Positions 20,670-31,704 of a stretch of 64,000 bases of DNA are shown in pieces; the stretch's first letter is position 1; each line of letters opens with the position of its first letter. The stretch spans positions 555 through 64,554 of the forward strand of contig DHON01000112.1 of the NCBI GenBank assembly GCA_002409965.1. Reading direction: 5' to 3'. Both the position numbers and the translations under genes were made by a program. The notes under the pieces were generated by a model. That model did not search any database. It was given only the letters and a program-made list of their open reading frames with translations, and had not been told where the DNA came from. The stretch is from Firmicutes bacterium UBA5389 (lineage in GTDB: Bacteria; Bacillota; DTU025).

Positions 20670-21605
20670 TTGGTTCCAGACCAGCTAGAGGGTATCGTCA
20701 TACTTGCGTCTTCAGGGTTGTTTCAAGTGGAGACAGCCACTGGCGTGATCCATTGCATGGCCCGGGCAGGCGCGGATCCGGGCAGCATTGTGCCGGGAGA
20801 CAGGGTGCTTGTCGCCCCGCAGCCGGCCGGCAGGGGCGTCATCGAATCGATGATGCCCAGAAGGACCCGGTTCTCACGGAAGGTGGCCGGCCGTCGTCAG
20901 GATGAGCAAGTGATCGCAGCGAATCTGGATCAGGTGGTCATCGTGCTTGCGGCATCCGAGCCGCCTTTCAAAGAGACCACCTTGGATCGGTATCTTGCCT
21001 CGGCGGAACACTGCGGATTGGATGCCGTCGTCTGCATAAACAAGGTCGATCTGGCGTCTGCCGCGAACTCGGCGCCCGCTCCCAACCTGGCACAACGCGC
21101 GGATGTGTACGCCCGGATTGGGTACCTGGTGATCATGACATCCGCCGCGCTCGGCAACGGCATCGACAGGCTCAGGCAGGCGCTTGCCGGCCGCGTCTCG
21201 GCGTTGGTCGGACCGTCCGGCGTGGGCAAATCCTCGCTCATATCCGCAGTCTCGCCCGGGGTCAGCCTTGCCACAAGCGACATAAGCGCCAGTACAGGCA
21301 AAGGACGCCACACAACCACTTGCTCTCGCCTGATCAAGCTGGGCGTTGGGAGCTACGTAGCGGACACGCCCGGGATGCGGGAGTTCGGGTTCCACAGAAT
21401 TTCCCAGGGCGAGCTGGCGTGGTGCTTCCGGGAATTTCGTCCGCATATGGAGAAGTGCAGGTTCGACGACTGCAGGCATGTCAAAGAACCCGGCTGCGCC
21501 GTGCGCAAGGCCGTAGAGCAGGGCCTGGTGTCAGAGGGCAGATACGAGCACTACCTCCGCTTGATGGGAGGCGGCGGCCATGGCAACCACATCGTTGTCT
21601 GCTAG
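20670..21605 (+). CDS. rsgA: Ribosome small subunit-dependent GTPase A (circularly permuted GTPase)
   Basis: OB-fold N-terminus. Permuted GTPase motifs (NLDQVVIVLA...CINKVDL...GPSGVGKSSL...DTPG). C-terminal zinc-finger cysteines CRFDDCRHVKEPGC. TTG start with a GGAGGA RBS. Confidence 0.8.
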   Translation: MVPDQLEGIVILASSGLFQVETATGVIHCMARAGADPGSIVPGDRVLVAPQPAGRGVIESMMPRRTRFSRKVAGRRQDEQVIAANLDQVVIVLAASEPPFKETTLDRYLASAEHCGLDAVVCINKVDLASAANSAPAPNLAQRADVYARIGYLVIMTSAALGNGIDRLRQALAGRVSALVGPSGVGKSSLISAVSPGVSLATSDISASTGKGRHTTTCSRLIKLGVGSYVADTPGMREFGFHRISQGELAWCFREFRPHMEKCRFDDCRHVKEPGCAVRKAVEQGLVSEGRYEHYLRLMGGGGHGNHIVVC

Positions 21606-22474
21606 CGGCAGCGGCGCCCGGGCTCACACGCACCCGCTGCGCTCCTGGGGCTGTCGCACCGAACCTCTGACAGCCAGCAAGAGGGCGGGCAGGACTGTGA
21701 GGGCCCCGCCAAAGCCCACAGGCAGTAGAGGTCATGTCCGGGCGCGGCGGTCGCCGGGTCCGGTCGGAAGCCGGAGGGGATCGCCACTGTGTCCTGATTC
21801 CGAATTCGGAAGGCACAATCCGAGTCGCGCGAACGCACCCGCTGGGTTCCGAGGCCCGTCTCGGGCCTCAGCCTGAAGTGCCTCACCTCTTCGTAGTCGC
21901 GCTCCCCGCCTGACTCATCCTCAGCCTCGGCGGCGCACATCAACGTCTCGCCGATTATCATCCCATGACCTGAGCGGGTTACGGCGGCGACATAGCGGAC
22001 CTCTCCAGACCGCTTCCCTCGCCCAATGGCCTGCGCCTGCAGTCTCTCGGGCGTTATGATTTCGGCGCCTGGTCGCGGCGGTTCGTCTGAGCTCCCGGCC
22101 GCCCCCTCCGCGATCAGCTCGGCACGGATCAGCGCCAGTTCAGCCGGGCCGGACAGGCCCTTCAGGAATAGCGTCGTGTACGGCCGAGCGCATATCGCCC
22201 AGGGCAGGCCGTCGAATACATCGCGCCGGCCCTCGAGGGTCTCCCGTCTCATCTGCCCGTCCGCGCCCTCCCATGCGGCCTCTACAGCGCCGCTCAACAC
22301 AACGGCCACCGTGTCCATAGGACCGAAATCGAACCCTCTCCGCTCGTCCTGTCGAATACGGACGAACCCAAGGTAGATGTAGCGCAGTTCTAGCTCAGGA
22401 CTGGCAGGGCTCGCTACCTCGCGAATCCGTGTTGTTCCGCAGGCCCTTTCGGGCATTCTCACTAGCAATGACAT
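21602..22474 (-). CDS. KduI/IolB-family cupin protein (5-deoxy-glucuronate isomerase-like)
   Basis: N-terminus MSLLVRMPERACGT resembles the IolB start MSxLLRKP. Cupin-like core. Start chosen at ATG 22474. Located alone, with no other iol genes nearby. Confidence 0.55.
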   Translation of the reverse strand: MSLLVRMPERACGTTRIREVASPASPELELRYIYLGFVRIRQDERRGFDFGPMDTVAVVLSGAVEAAWEGADGQMRRETLEGRRDVFDGLPWAICARPYTTLFLKGLSGPAELALIRAELIAEGAAGSSDEPPRPGAEIITPERLQAQAIGRGKRSGEVRYVAAVTRSGHGMIIGETLMCAAEAEDESGGERDYEEVRHFRLRPETGLGTQRVRSRDSDCAFRIRNQDTVAIPSGFRPDPATAAPGHDLYCLWALAGPSQSCPPSCWLSEVRCDSPRSAAGACEPGRRCR

Positions 22475-22548
22475 CGTAAACACCCCACAAAAGCATCCCA
22501 TGCCTGGTGCAGTGGAACCAAATCCACTATAATTGGTCGTAAGGCTCA

Positions 22549-24321
22549 GTGTGGGCCGTGACGAACAGGACGGTGACTGCATTGCGCAAACCCGCGCACA
22601 CCCATCGACACAGCATTTCCCGAATCTTGTGGCGCGGAATCTACTCGACCATTGCTGCGTTGATGTTAACGTCTCTGACGATTCCTATTCCAGTATCGGG
22701 CGCACCACCGTTCGCCGGTCTGTCTCCGCTACCTGGCCCCAAAGCATTCGATGCACAATCGATTGAAGATTTCTACACCTATGATAACAGACGTCCCCTC
22801 GATCCTTCCATAGTCATGCTCGATTCTAGCGAATGGTACCAGCATTACGATCTGCAGTATCAGAGCGAAGGCGACACTGTGTATTCTCACTATTTCGTGC
22901 CGGTCCTGCCGCGCAACGCCGGAAGCCCGGCCATAATCGGGCTGCACGGGATGTTCTCCGACTCAGAACAGCAATTCTGGATGCTGGCCGAGTTCGTCGC
23001 CAAACGGGGTATCGCCGGGCTAGCGCCCAGCCTGCCCTACCACCACCGCAGGAGCAAAGGCGTTCAACTCTTCTCCGGTCAGAAGTTCATCGTGGACACA
23101 CCTCAATCGATCAGAAACAACATCAGGCGCGCAGTGATCGACATGCGCCGCGCCCTGGACTGGCTGAGCGACCGCCCTGAGATCGACTCGCAGACCATCA
23201 CCATGGCCGGTGCCAGCCTGGGCGGGATAGTAGCCTCGCTTGCCTACAAGATGGAGCCCAGATTTCGCACGGCAGTATTCGTCATGGCCGGGTGTGGGGT
23301 TTCGGGCATCGCACAGAACAGCGAACACGTATTGGTTACAGCTTTCAGAGAAATCACCAAGACCAAAGTCCTCAACCTGCAAGACATCGTCGAAACGCTG
23401 CAGCCCGTTGATCCGATCAACGTGCCTGACCTCTATCCCCGACCTGTCCTCATGATCAACGGCACCAAAGACACCATCATGCCTCCATCGGAGTCCGTGA
23501 AACTCCTCCGCTCGCTGGGCCAGGCGCAGCAGGTGTGGGCCGACAGCAGCCACTACTTCCCTGCGTACGCAGCCGCGTATCTCCTGGCGTCTTTTCTGGC
23601 TGAGCACATGCCCGAGTCATACGGCATCCCAGCCCCCGGCAGTGTGCTCCAGGTCCAGCCGGGGTGGCGGTTTGTCGAAGCCGTTCAACCCATGGTCCCG
23701 GGCGAGGACAGGCTGTGGGTAGACGTGGAGGCGCAGGCGCCATCGGCCGGCGCATCGTCGGCTCACCGTGTAGGCGTGCCGATGGTGAACAAAGTCGTGC
23801 CGGTGATCGCGGTGAGCGCCGACACGTTCCGGGCCGCTGGGGCCGACCTGCTCAAGTTGCCCGCGTTCATCCATGTGATGGCCTCCGACAGCCTGTTCGA
23901 CTTCGCAGCCGCATGCGCATATGCAAGCGCTCTTGGGCTGGGGCATGAGCCGCTTCTGTACTACCTGGCACCGTCTGCGTCATTCGCCGGCGCCTCCTCC
24001 GTTCCCGTCTCCACCGCATGGGAACGCTACACCCTAATGGAGTTCTCAGCTGCCCATGTGGAGCTGACAAGGCCGGCAACAGCGGCTCTTGTACTTCCCG
24101 CCGCGTCGACTGCGTCGGTGACCTCCTGGCCCTCGCCGCTCGATCTGTGCGCTTCGTCATCGACGTATTCCAGCGCATCGGCGGCCGCAGCGGCGCTCGC
24201 CGCCAGAATACAATGGGACAAGCTCAAAACGCTCGAACACTTCGAAAAAGCGCCCAACGAATGGCCGAGCTGGTCAGCCGGGCCTCCCGACATCAACGAC
24301 GATGCCGGGAGCATACAGTAG
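22549..24321 (+). CDS. Secreted alpha/beta-hydrolase (dienelactone hydrolase / S9-like) with an Ala/Ser-rich C-terminal region of about 200 aa
   Basis: Signal peptide (...IAALMLTSLTIPIPVSGA). GxSxG nucleophile elbow GASLGG. Preceded by TATAAT at 22526-22531. The start codon is uncertain: GTG at 22549 or GTG at 22558. Confidence 0.65.
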   Translation: MWAVTNRTVTALRKPAHTHRHSISRILWRGIYSTIAALMLTSLTIPIPVSGAPPFAGLSPLPGPKAFDAQSIEDFYTYDNRRPLDPSIVMLDSSEWYQHYDLQYQSEGDTVYSHYFVPVLPRNAGSPAIIGLHGMFSDSEQQFWMLAEFVAKRGIAGLAPSLPYHHRRSKGVQLFSGQKFIVDTPQSIRNNIRRAVIDMRRALDWLSDRPEIDSQTITMAGASLGGIVASLAYKMEPRFRTAVFVMAGCGVSGIAQNSEHVLVTAFREITKTKVLNLQDIVETLQPVDPINVPDLYPRPVLMINGTKDTIMPPSESVKLLRSLGQAQQVWADSSHYFPAYAAAYLLASFLAEHMPESYGIPAPGSVLQVQPGWRFVEAVQPMVPGEDRLWVDVEAQAPSAGASSAHRVGVPMVNKVVPVIAVSADTFRAAGADLLKLPAFIHVMASDSLFDFAAACAYASALGLGHEPLLYYLAPSASFAGASSVPVSTAWERYTLMEFSAAHVELTRPATAALVLPAASTASVTSWPSPLDLCASSSTYSSASAAAAALAARIQWDKLKTLEHFEKAPNEWPSWSAGPPDINDDAGSIQ

Positions 24322-25336
24322 CCACGGCCCCGAGCGCCCGCTCGACTCCGGCAGAATCCACATGCCTGTTGAGCACGGCCCTCAGTCCAGAAGGCGGCCT
24401 GGTGGTAACGCGCACTCCCTCCCGGGCGAGTTCAGCGGCGAACCTAGGCGCGCGTATCCCAAGGGCTAAGACATCGAACCCGACAATGTTAGTCTGAACA
24501 GTCGACAGATCTATCGCGATTCCCGGGATCTCGGCCAGGCCAAGCCCGAGACTTCGCGCGTTCGCGTGGTCGTCGGCCAGCCTGTCCACCATCTTCTCGA
24601 TAGCGATTATGCCGGCGGCCGCCAGCACTCCCGCCTGACGCATCCCGCCGCCCAGCATCTTGCGGTTCTTGCGCGCGGCCCTTATGAACTCGGCGCTGCC
24701 GGCAAGGATTGAGCCCACTGGAGCCGAGAGCCCCTTAGACAGGCAGAACATCACCGAGTCCACATGCTCTGCTATCTCCTGTGCCTCTACCCCGAGCGCC
24801 AGTGCGGCGTTGAATATGCGGGCGCCGTCGAGGTGAACTGTCAGTCCATTCTCGTCGGCAACCCTGCGAAGCGCGGCCATCGCAGGAATGGGCGTCACTG
24901 TCCCCCCGCCCCTGTTGTGAGTATTCTCTATGGACAGACACGCGGCTTGCGCGTAATGGATGTTCTCCTCTCTGATTGCCGCCGTGACATCGTCCGGGTC
25001 GAGTACGCCGTTTCTCCCGCTCACGAGGCGCGGCACCACGCCGGCCACTGCGGATAGACCGCCCACTTCGTAGTAGTAGATGTGACAGTCGGATTCCAAC
25101 ACGATCTCGTCGCCTCGCCGGCAGTGGGTCATCACCGCCAACAGGTTGCCCATGGTTCCGGACGGAACGAACATCGCCGCTTCCTTGCCCACTTTCCCAG
25201 CCGCCAATTCCTCCAGACGTTTCACAGTCGGATCCTCGCCGTACACGTCATCTCCCACATCGGCCCAGCGCATCGCCTCGCGCATCTCGCCCGTGGGAAG
25301 AGTCAGAGTGTCGCTTCGCATCTCGATGAAGTCCAT
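24293..25336 (-). CDS. ltaE: Low-specificity L-threonine aldolase (PLP-dependent)
   Basis: MDFIEMRSDTLTLPTGEMREAM...GDDVYGEDPTV...GTMGNL match the threonine aldolase family. Start at ATG 25336. Confidence 0.8.
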   Translation of the reverse strand: MDFIEMRSDTLTLPTGEMREAMRWADVGDDVYGEDPTVKRLEELAAGKVGKEAAMFVPSGTMGNLLAVMTHCRRGDEIVLESDCHIYYYEVGGLSAVAGVVPRLVSGRNGVLDPDDVTAAIREENIHYAQAACLSIENTHNRGGGTVTPIPAMAALRRVADENGLTVHLDGARIFNAALALGVEAQEIAEHVDSVMFCLSKGLSAPVGSILAGSAEFIRAARKNRKMLGGGMRQAGVLAAAGIIAIEKMVDRLADDHANARSLGLGLAEIPGIAIDLSTVQTNIVGFDVLALGIRAPRFAAELAREGVRVTTRPPSGLRAVLNRHVDSAGVERALGAVATVCSRHRR

Positions 25337-25423
25337 ACACAACACCGCCTTTGCGCTAGGTAGTGAGTGATACGCCGAGCGACAGGCGGATTCCTGCATC
25401 CAGCGAGCGGCGAGGGTAGCGGG

Positions 25424-25455
25424 TTGTGGCAGGAGTTCACTCTAGAGTGTATAAT
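25424..25455 (+). promoter_or_regulatory. Candidate promoter for the mmd operon with an extended -10 (TGTATAAT)
   Basis: TGnTATAAT at 25448-25455. Weak -35 (TTGTGG at 25424-25429, 20-nt spacing). Confidence 0.35.
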
Positions 25456-25514
25456 GGGTTTGGTATGCATAATGCGCACAGGCCTGATCGAGCGATTGAG
25501 CGAGGTGAGTTTAT

Positions 25515-27062
25515 TTGGGCGACAATGACAAGCTCCGCGAACTTGGTGCCCGAAAAGGCAAGGCGCTCAATGGGGGCGGCCCCAAGAGCGTCGAAAAGCA
25601 GCATGCTGCAGGCAAGCTGACTGCCAGAGAGCGGCTCGAACGTCTGTTGGATCCAGGAAGCTTCGCCGAACTTGACATGTTTGTCGAGCACAGGTGCCAT
25701 GATCTGGGCATGGCCGAACGGCAACTCCCGGGCGAAGGGGTCGTCACAGGCTGTGGAAGCATAGACGGGCGAAAGGTGTTCGTCTTCGCACAGGACTTCA
25801 CGGTTATGGGCGGATCCCTCGGAGAAATGCACGCCAAGAAGATCTGCAAGGTCATGGATCTAGCAGTAAAGGTCGGAGCGCCTTTCATCGGAATCAACGA
25901 CTCCGGCGGAGCGCGCATTCAGGAGGGCGTGGACGCGCTCTCGGGCTACGGTCAGATATTCTACAGAAACACCATTTCATCGGGCGTAATCCCGCAGATC
26001 TCGGTAATCATGGGGCCGTGCGCCGGCGGCGCAGTCTACTCCCCTGCCCTGACCGACTTCGTCTTCATGGTGCAGGGAGCCAACATGTTCATCACCGGTC
26101 CGCAGGTAATCAAAGCCGTCACAGGCGAGGACGTATCCGCCGACGAACTCGGCGGCGCCGCGACGCACAACCGCACGAGCGGCGTCGCGCACTTCATGTA
26201 CAGCACCGAGGACGACTGCTTCCTGGCCATTCGCAAGCTCCTGTCCTACCTCCCGGCGAACAACCTGGAGGATCCTCCGGTTCTGCCCGCTCCCGATGAG
26301 GCCAAAGATGCTAACCCGAAGATGCGCGAAATCGTGCCGTCCGAATCGAACAGGCCCTATGATATGCGCCATGTAATCGCCGGCTTCGTCGACAATGCCG
26401 ACTTTTTCGAGGTGCATCAGCACTTCGCCATGAACATCGTCGTGGGCTTCGCGCGCCTAGGCGGACGCCCGATCGGGATCATCGCCAACCAACCCGCTAT
26501 GGCGGCGGGATGCCTCGACATAAACGCATCCGACAAGGCCGCCCGTTTCATCAGGTTCTGCGATGCGTTCAACGTCCCCATAATCAACCTGGTGGACGTG
26601 CCAGGATTTCTGCCCGGCGTCAATCAGGAGACCGGAGGGATAATTCGGCACGGCGCCAAGTTGCTGTACGCCTACTCTGAGGCCACCGTGCCCAAAATAA
26701 CCCTTATCGTCCGCAAGGCTTACGGAGGAGCGTATCTCGCCATGTGCAGCCGCGACCTGGGCGCCGACGCCGTGTTCGCGTGGCCCGGTGCCGAAATCGC
26801 GGTCATGGGACCCGACGGCGCAGCCAACATCATATTCCGCCGCGAGATCCAAGCAGCCGAGAACCCAGCAGAAGCCCGCAAGGAGAAGATCGAGGATTAC
26901 CGCTCCAAGTTCGCCAACCCTTTTGTCGCGGCGGCGCGCGGGTTCGTAGACGATGTGATCGACCCGGCAGAAACCCGCGTCAGGCTTCTGGGGGCACTGG
27001 ACATGCTGTCTACCAAGCGAGAGTCGCGTCCTCCCAGGAAACATGGGAACATCCCGGTGTGA
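25515..27062 (+). CDS. mmdA: Methylmalonyl-CoA decarboxylase alpha subunit / acyl-CoA carboxyltransferase (propionyl-CoA carboxylase beta-like)
   Basis: Carboxyltransferase family ([18 protein letters not shown]...[11 protein letters not shown]). 515 aa. TTG start with a GAGGTGA RBS. Confidence 0.85.
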   Translation: MGDNDKLRELGARKGKALNGGGPKSVEKQHAAGKLTARERLERLLDPGSFAELDMFVEHRCHDLGMAERQLPGEGVVTGCGSIDGRKVFVFAQDFTVMGGSLGEMHAKKICKVMDLAVKVGAPFIGINDSGGARIQEGVDALSGYGQIFYRNTISSGVIPQISVIMGPCAGGAVYSPALTDFVFMVQGANMFITGPQVIKAVTGEDVSADELGGAATHNRTSGVAHFMYSTEDDCFLAIRKLLSYLPANNLEDPPVLPAPDEAKDANPKMREIVPSESNRPYDMRHVIAGFVDNADFFEVHQHFAMNIVVGFARLGGRPIGIIANQPAMAAGCLDINASDKAARFIRFCDAFNVPIINLVDVPGFLPGVNQETGGIIRHGAKLLYAYSEATVPKITLIVRKAYGGAYLAMCSRDLGADAVFAWPGAEIAVMGPDGAANIIFRREIQAAENPAEARKEKIEDYRSKFANPFVAAARGFVDDVIDPAETRVRLLGALDMLSTKRESRPPRKHGNIPV

Positions 27063-27077
27063 TGGGAGGCGTATACA

Positions 27078-27452
27078 ATGACCACAGGTGAGAATCTGCT
27101 GCTCGGCTTGCAGACACTGCTCCTCGGCATGGCGGTCACTTTCGTGGGCCTGCTCATACTGCAGGGAGTCATGAAGCTCATGGCCAGGTTCAGTCGGGCA
27201 AAGAGGCGCGATGCCGGCGCTCCCGTAGCGTCAGGCCCTCTTGCGTCCGCCGACGCCCAGGCTGAGCTCCCAATCCGGCACGATGAGGAGATAGCCGCGA
27301 TATCGGCCGTCATGGCCATGCTAACAGCCGACGACGAACCGCCCATGCAAGTCAAGTCGGTTAGGCCGGTGGATCCCGCCACGGCCGGCGTATCGAACGT
27401 CTGGGGCCTTGCAGGCCGTCAGGAGATCATGGCGTCTCGCCGCAGAGCGTAG
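27078..27452 (+). CDS. Small membrane-anchored subunit of a Na+-translocating decarboxylase (OadG/MmdD-like)
   Basis: Single N-terminal TM helix followed by an Ala/Pro-rich linker. Position between the carboxyltransferase and BCCP genes. Confidence 0.5.
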   Translation: MTTGENLLLGLQTLLLGMAVTFVGLLILQGVMKLMARFSRAKRRDAGAPVASGPLASADAQAELPIRHDEEIAAISAVMAMLTADDEPPMQVKSVRPVDPATAGVSNVWGLAGRQEIMASRRRA

Positions 27453-27505
27453 CAAGTCGCCTGGTAGAGCAATCAGCTTAATCCTGTTTGGAGGAGGACT
27501 GCTAA

Positions 27506-27892
<387 letters not shown>

Positions 27893-27906
27893 GGAGGACT
27901 CCATCT

Positions 27907-29037
27907 GTGCAAGAAGCCTTCATAGAGTTGCTGCAAAGCACGGGTTTCTCCGCGATCACAGGGCGCGAACTCGTGATGATCGCTATTTCCCTGACACTGA
28001 TGTACCTGGCCATTGAGCGCAAATTCGAACCCTTATTGCTTCTCCCCATCTCCTTCGGCATACTTCTCGCGAACTTGCCGTTGACGGGGTTCATGGACGC
28101 CCCCAATGGCGGCGTAGTGGGCGGGCTGCTCTACTACCTATATCAAGGGGTAAAACTGGGCATATACCCGCCGCTTGTGTTTATGGGAATCGGAGCCATG
28201 ACCGATTTCGGCCCGCTAATCGCCAACCCGTCCACCATATTGCTGGGCGGCGCAGCGCAACTCGGAATATTCATAGCTTTCATGGGGGCACTGCTCTTCG
28301 GTTACTCGCCGCAGCAGTCCGCGGCAATAGGGATCATTGGCGGAGCCAATGGCCCGGCGTCGATACTGGTGGCTACTCGGCTCGCGCCTGAGCTGCTCGG
28401 CCCGATAGCCATAGCTGCCTACTCCTACATGGCGCTGGTACCTATCATCCAACCGCCGATCATGCGCGCACTGACTCGCAAAGCTGACCGTCAGATAGTC
28501 ATGGCCCAGCTCAGGCCGGTATCGAAGACCGAAAGAATCCTGTTCGCAGTAGTCGTTACAATCCTAGTGGCCCTCATGTTGCCCTCGGCCGCCACCCTCG
28601 TCAGCATGCTGATGCTGGGGAATATCCTGAGGGAATCAGGAGTCGTGGAAAGGCTATCGAAGACAGCGCAGAATGAGCTGATCAACTTGATCACCATTTT
28701 CCTAGGAACCACACTGGGCGCCACCGCCAAGGCAGAGACGTTTCTGACCCTGCAGACCATCGGCATCATACTCCTCGGCCTGGTGGCCTTCGCGGGGGGC
28801 ACAGTTGGCGGACTGCTGCAAGGCAACCTCATGTGCTGGGCTTCACGGGGCAAGATCAACCCGCTGATCGGTTCGGCCGGCGTGTCCGCTGTGCCGATGT
28901 CAGCCAGAGTCGTGCAGGTCGTGGTGCAAGAGGAGAATCCAGGCAACTACCTTCTGATGCATGCCATGGGCCCCAACGTAGCCGGTACCATCGGCTCGGC
29001 CATCGTTGCCGGCGTTCTGCTATCTCGGTTCGGATAA
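27907..29037 (+). CDS. mmdB: Na+-translocating decarboxylase beta subunit (OadB/MmdB/GcdB family)
   Basis: Polytopic membrane protein of 376 aa with an OadB-like sequence (GFMDAPNGGVVGGLLYYLYQGVKLGIYPPLVFMGIGAMTDFGPL). Confidence 0.85.
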   Translation: MQEAFIELLQSTGFSAITGRELVMIAISLTLMYLAIERKFEPLLLLPISFGILLANLPLTGFMDAPNGGVVGGLLYYLYQGVKLGIYPPLVFMGIGAMTDFGPLIANPSTILLGGAAQLGIFIAFMGALLFGYSPQQSAAIGIIGGANGPASILVATRLAPELLGPIAIAAYSYMALVPIIQPPIMRALTRKADRQIVMAQLRPVSKTERILFAVVVTILVALMLPSAATLVSMLMLGNILRESGVVERLSKTAQNELINLITIFLGTTLGATAKAETFLTLQTIGIILLGLVAFAGGTVGGLLQGNLMCWASRGKINPLIGSAGVSAVPMSARVVQVVVQEENPGNYLLMHAMGPNVAGTIGSAIVAGVLLSRFG

Positions 29038-29044
29038 GCTCCGG

Positions 29045-29080
29045 CCCCCCGGCATCGCCGCTTGCGGCCGCGCCGGGGGG
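29045..29080 (+). terminator. GC-rich hairpin (9-bp stem CCCCCCGGC/GCCGGGGGG) between the convergent mmdB and the exported-protein gene. Only a weak U-tract (TGTTCTC) follows.
   Basis: Inverted repeat read directly. Confidence 0.4.
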
Positions 29081-29107
29081 TGTTCTCAGATAATCGTCGT
29101 CCAAGTA

Positions 29108-29803
29108 TCAGGGCTCGCCCAGGGGCCCACCGAAAGCAATACCCACTTCGATGAAGGGGATTCCCATGGTCTTGAGAGGTCCATCAATGGCGTTCTTGAA
29201 ATTCATTCCATCAAGCCATCCGATGGGTGCATAGAAGAAAGAGTATCCTCCGGCTATCCGAACATCGGCGAAGGTTGACGCCGGGAACGTGATCGATGCC
29301 TGCGGTTGGGCCATTAGGTACAGCCGCCAAAGCGAAGCGGAGTTGCCGGCGCCCAGAAGCTCATCGAAGTCGGCGATGGCTCCCTGTTTCGTCGTGAGCG
29401 TAGCGGCTCCCCCGCCCAACACGGCACCTATTCCCAGGCTGGCCTTGTCGGAACGCCAGACATTGTACTGGACCAGAACCCCTCCGTATCCGATCTCGAG
29501 CGAGGCTGTTTTTGGGGGTGTACCCTCGCTCGCAGGCGATGTCGCAGATCCGCGTCCGCCAACGCCGCCTATGGACCACTTACCATCGCCTATCTCTCCA
29601 ACTCCGTAGCCGCCCCAGACACACATGCCCTTGGGCATTTCGTTGAAGCCCGCCCCAGTCAGTTCCTGATTGAGATCGTCGAGCTTGAGGAAGAGATAGC
29701 CGACGGCATTTCCGCCTCCGCCTGCCTGCGCAGAGCAGGCGCCTGCCGCCACTAAGGCCGCAAGAACCGCTATCGTACATACGCCCAGTCGCTTGAACCT
29801 CAT
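29108..29803 (-). CDS. Exported Gly/Ala-rich protein of unknown function, possible lipoprotein
   Basis: Signal peptide MRFKRLGVCTIAVLAALVAAGACSA. Start at ATG 29803 with an AGGGAGGG RBS. No family recognised. Confidence 0.5.
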   Translation of the reverse strand: MRFKRLGVCTIAVLAALVAAGACSAQAGGGGNAVGYLFLKLDDLNQELTGAGFNEMPKGMCVWGGYGVGEIGDGKWSIGGVGGRGSATSPASEGTPPKTASLEIGYGGVLVQYNVWRSDKASLGIGAVLGGGAATLTTKQGAIADFDELLGAGNSASLWRLYLMAQPQASITFPASTFADVRIAGGYSFFYAPIGWLDGMNFKNAIDGPLKTMGIPFIEVGIAFGGPLGEP

Positions 29804-29822
29804 ATCCGGCTGCCCTCCCTTG

Positions 29823-30224
29823 CTATTCGCGTTCGCACAGCTCAACCAGAACACCGCCGGTGGACTTGGGGTGCAGGAATGCGATGCGCGCTCCTCCCGC
29901 CCCGTAGCGAGGTTTCTCGTCGATGAGACGTACTCCCTTCTGCCTCATCCGCTCGAGCGCCTCGTCGATGTCGTCTACTCTGAGTGCGATGTGCTGCATG
30001 CCTTGGCCACGCTTCTCAATGAACTTGGCGATCGGGCCTTCCGGATCAGTGGACTCCAGGAGTTCGATCTCTGTGTCGCCCACCGGCAGAAACGCCACCC
30101 GAACCTTCTGCTCCTCCACGACCTCCGTGCCGTGCAGCTTGAGCCCCAGCACCTCGGTGTAGATCTTGAGCGCTTCCTCCAGATTGGATACTGCCACGCC
30201 AATATGATCGACCTTACGGACCAC
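29823..30224 (-). CDS. mce: Methylmalonyl-CoA epimerase (glyoxalase/VOC family)
   Basis: 133 aa. [16 protein letters not shown]...[13 protein letters not shown]...GVLVEL is typical of the epimerase. Confidence 0.8.
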   Translation of the reverse strand: MVRKVDHIGVAVSNLEEALKIYTEVLGLKLHGTEVVEEQKVRVAFLPVGDTEIELLESTDPEGPIAKFIEKRGQGMQHIALRVDDIDEALERMRQKGVRLIDEKPRYGAGGARIAFLHPKSTGGVLVELCERE

Positions 30225-30252
30225 GACTACCCCTCCCCAGCATAAGCAGATG

Positions 30253-31275
30253 TCAGCTGACTACCAGTTCACGCAGGTCCCGACCGGCAGCATACGGGTC
30301 TATCTCCCTGCGTGCCACCTTCCAGGCCAACCCCTCCGCTGCCCCGAGCGTCCGCGCATCATCGGCAAGCCCCCTCCAGATCAGATCGGACGCGATCTTC
30401 ATAGTCTCCGACCTGGCGCGCCGGAATCGCCGCTCGACCAGGGCGTTGTCGGTCACGAGGCACCGCATGTGCGCATCGCACGCTTCGCATACCTCCGCCA
30501 CGCCTTCGCCGGATTCAGCCATGGTCTGCAGGATGGGCGGATGCCACGCATTGGCTGCGATGGCAGCGGTCGCCGTGGCCGTGGCAGTCGCCGCAGCCAT
30601 CGCAGTCGCCGGCCCATGATGCCCCGAGTACTTGCCGGCCAGATCGAGCGACATGCGTATCTCCGCCACAACTCTCTCCACGCCCGGCCGGTCCTTCTTG
30701 TTGACCACGAACACGTCGCCGATCTCCATGACGCCGGCCTTGATGACCTGAATATCGTCGCCGAGCCCGGGCACCTGTACAAGAGCCACCGTATCGGCAA
30801 GCGATGCGATCTCCACCTCTGACTGGCCGACCCCCACAGTCTCAATGACCACGTAATCGTAGCCGGCGGCATCGAGCACATCGACCACGCCCGATGTTGC
30901 CCGCGACAGGCCGCCCAGATGCCCGCGGGTGCCCATGCTTCTGATGAACACGCCGTTGTCCAGCGAGTGGCGCTGCATGCGCAACCTGTCGCCCAAGAGG
31001 GCGCCGCCAGTGAACGGACTAGTGGGATCGACTGCCACAATCCCAACCGTCTTGCCTCGACTCCGGTATTCGGCGGCTATCTTGTCAACGAGCGTGCTCT
31101 TGCCGGATCCAGGCGGGCCGGTAATGCCGATCACGTGGGCTCTGCCTGTGCGCGGGTATATCGCTGCGTACACATCCTCGAACCCAGCACGCCGGTCTTC
31201 TACGATGGATATGAGCCGAGAAACTGCGCGGACCTCGCGTGATAGCGCCCGGCTCACGATCTCCTGCCAATCCAT
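30253..31275 (-). CDS. meaB: Methylmalonyl-CoA mutase-associated GTPase (MeaB/ArgK)
   Basis: P-loop [13 protein letters not shown] plus MeaB-specific [21 protein letters not shown]. Confidence 0.85.
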   Translation of the reverse strand: MDWQEIVSRALSREVRAVSRLISIVEDRRAGFEDVYAAIYPRTGRAHVIGITGPPGSGKSTLVDKIAAEYRSRGKTVGIVAVDPTSPFTGGALLGDRLRMQRHSLDNGVFIRSMGTRGHLGGLSRATSGVVDVLDAAGYDYVVIETVGVGQSEVEIASLADTVALVQVPGLGDDIQVIKAGVMEIGDVFVVNKKDRPGVERVVAEIRMSLDLAGKYSGHHGPATAMAAATATATATAAIAANAWHPPILQTMAESGEGVAEVCEACDAHMRCLVTDNALVERRFRRARSETMKIASDLIWRGLADDARTLGAAEGLAWKVARREIDPYAAGRDLRELVVS

Positions 31276-31283
31276 GTCGATGC

Positions 31284-31688
31284 CTACCTCTTGATGTTCT
31301 CACGTATGAACTTGACTGTATCGCCAGTCGAGGTCCCGGGGGTGAAAACCGCTGCTATGCCGCACTCCTGGAGGCCGGGAATATCCTCATCGGGTATGAT
31401 CCCGCCGCCAACCACCAGCACATCGTCGGCTCCCCGTTCGCGCAGCAGTTGCGTCACTCTGGGGAACAAGTAGTTGTGGGCCCCCGAGAGAATGGACATG
31501 GCTACGACATCCACGTCCTCCTGAATGGCAGCCGCCACAATCTGCTCCGGCGTCTGCCGAAGCCCTGTGTATATCACTTCCATGCCAGCGTCGCGCAGGG
31601 CGCGCGCGACTACCTTCGCGCCCCGGTCATGCCCGTCAAGGCCGGGCTTGGCGACGAGGACTCTGATCTTCCTGCCCTCATCCATCAT
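31284..31688 (-). CDS. Methylmalonyl-CoA mutase, B12-binding (C-terminal domain) subunit
   Basis: B12-binding domain with the DxHxxG motif ([16 protein letters not shown]). About 134 aa. Start at [10 protein letters not shown]. Confidence 0.8.
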   Translation of the reverse strand: MMDEGRKIRVLVAKPGLDGHDRGAKVVARALRDAGMEVIYTGLRQTPEQIVAAAIQEDVDVVAMSILSGAHNYLFPRVTQLLRERGADDVLVVGGGIIPDEDIPGLQECGIAAVFTPGTSTGDTVKFIRENIKR

Positions 31689-31704
31689 GTCGCTCTCCCC
31701 CTTC

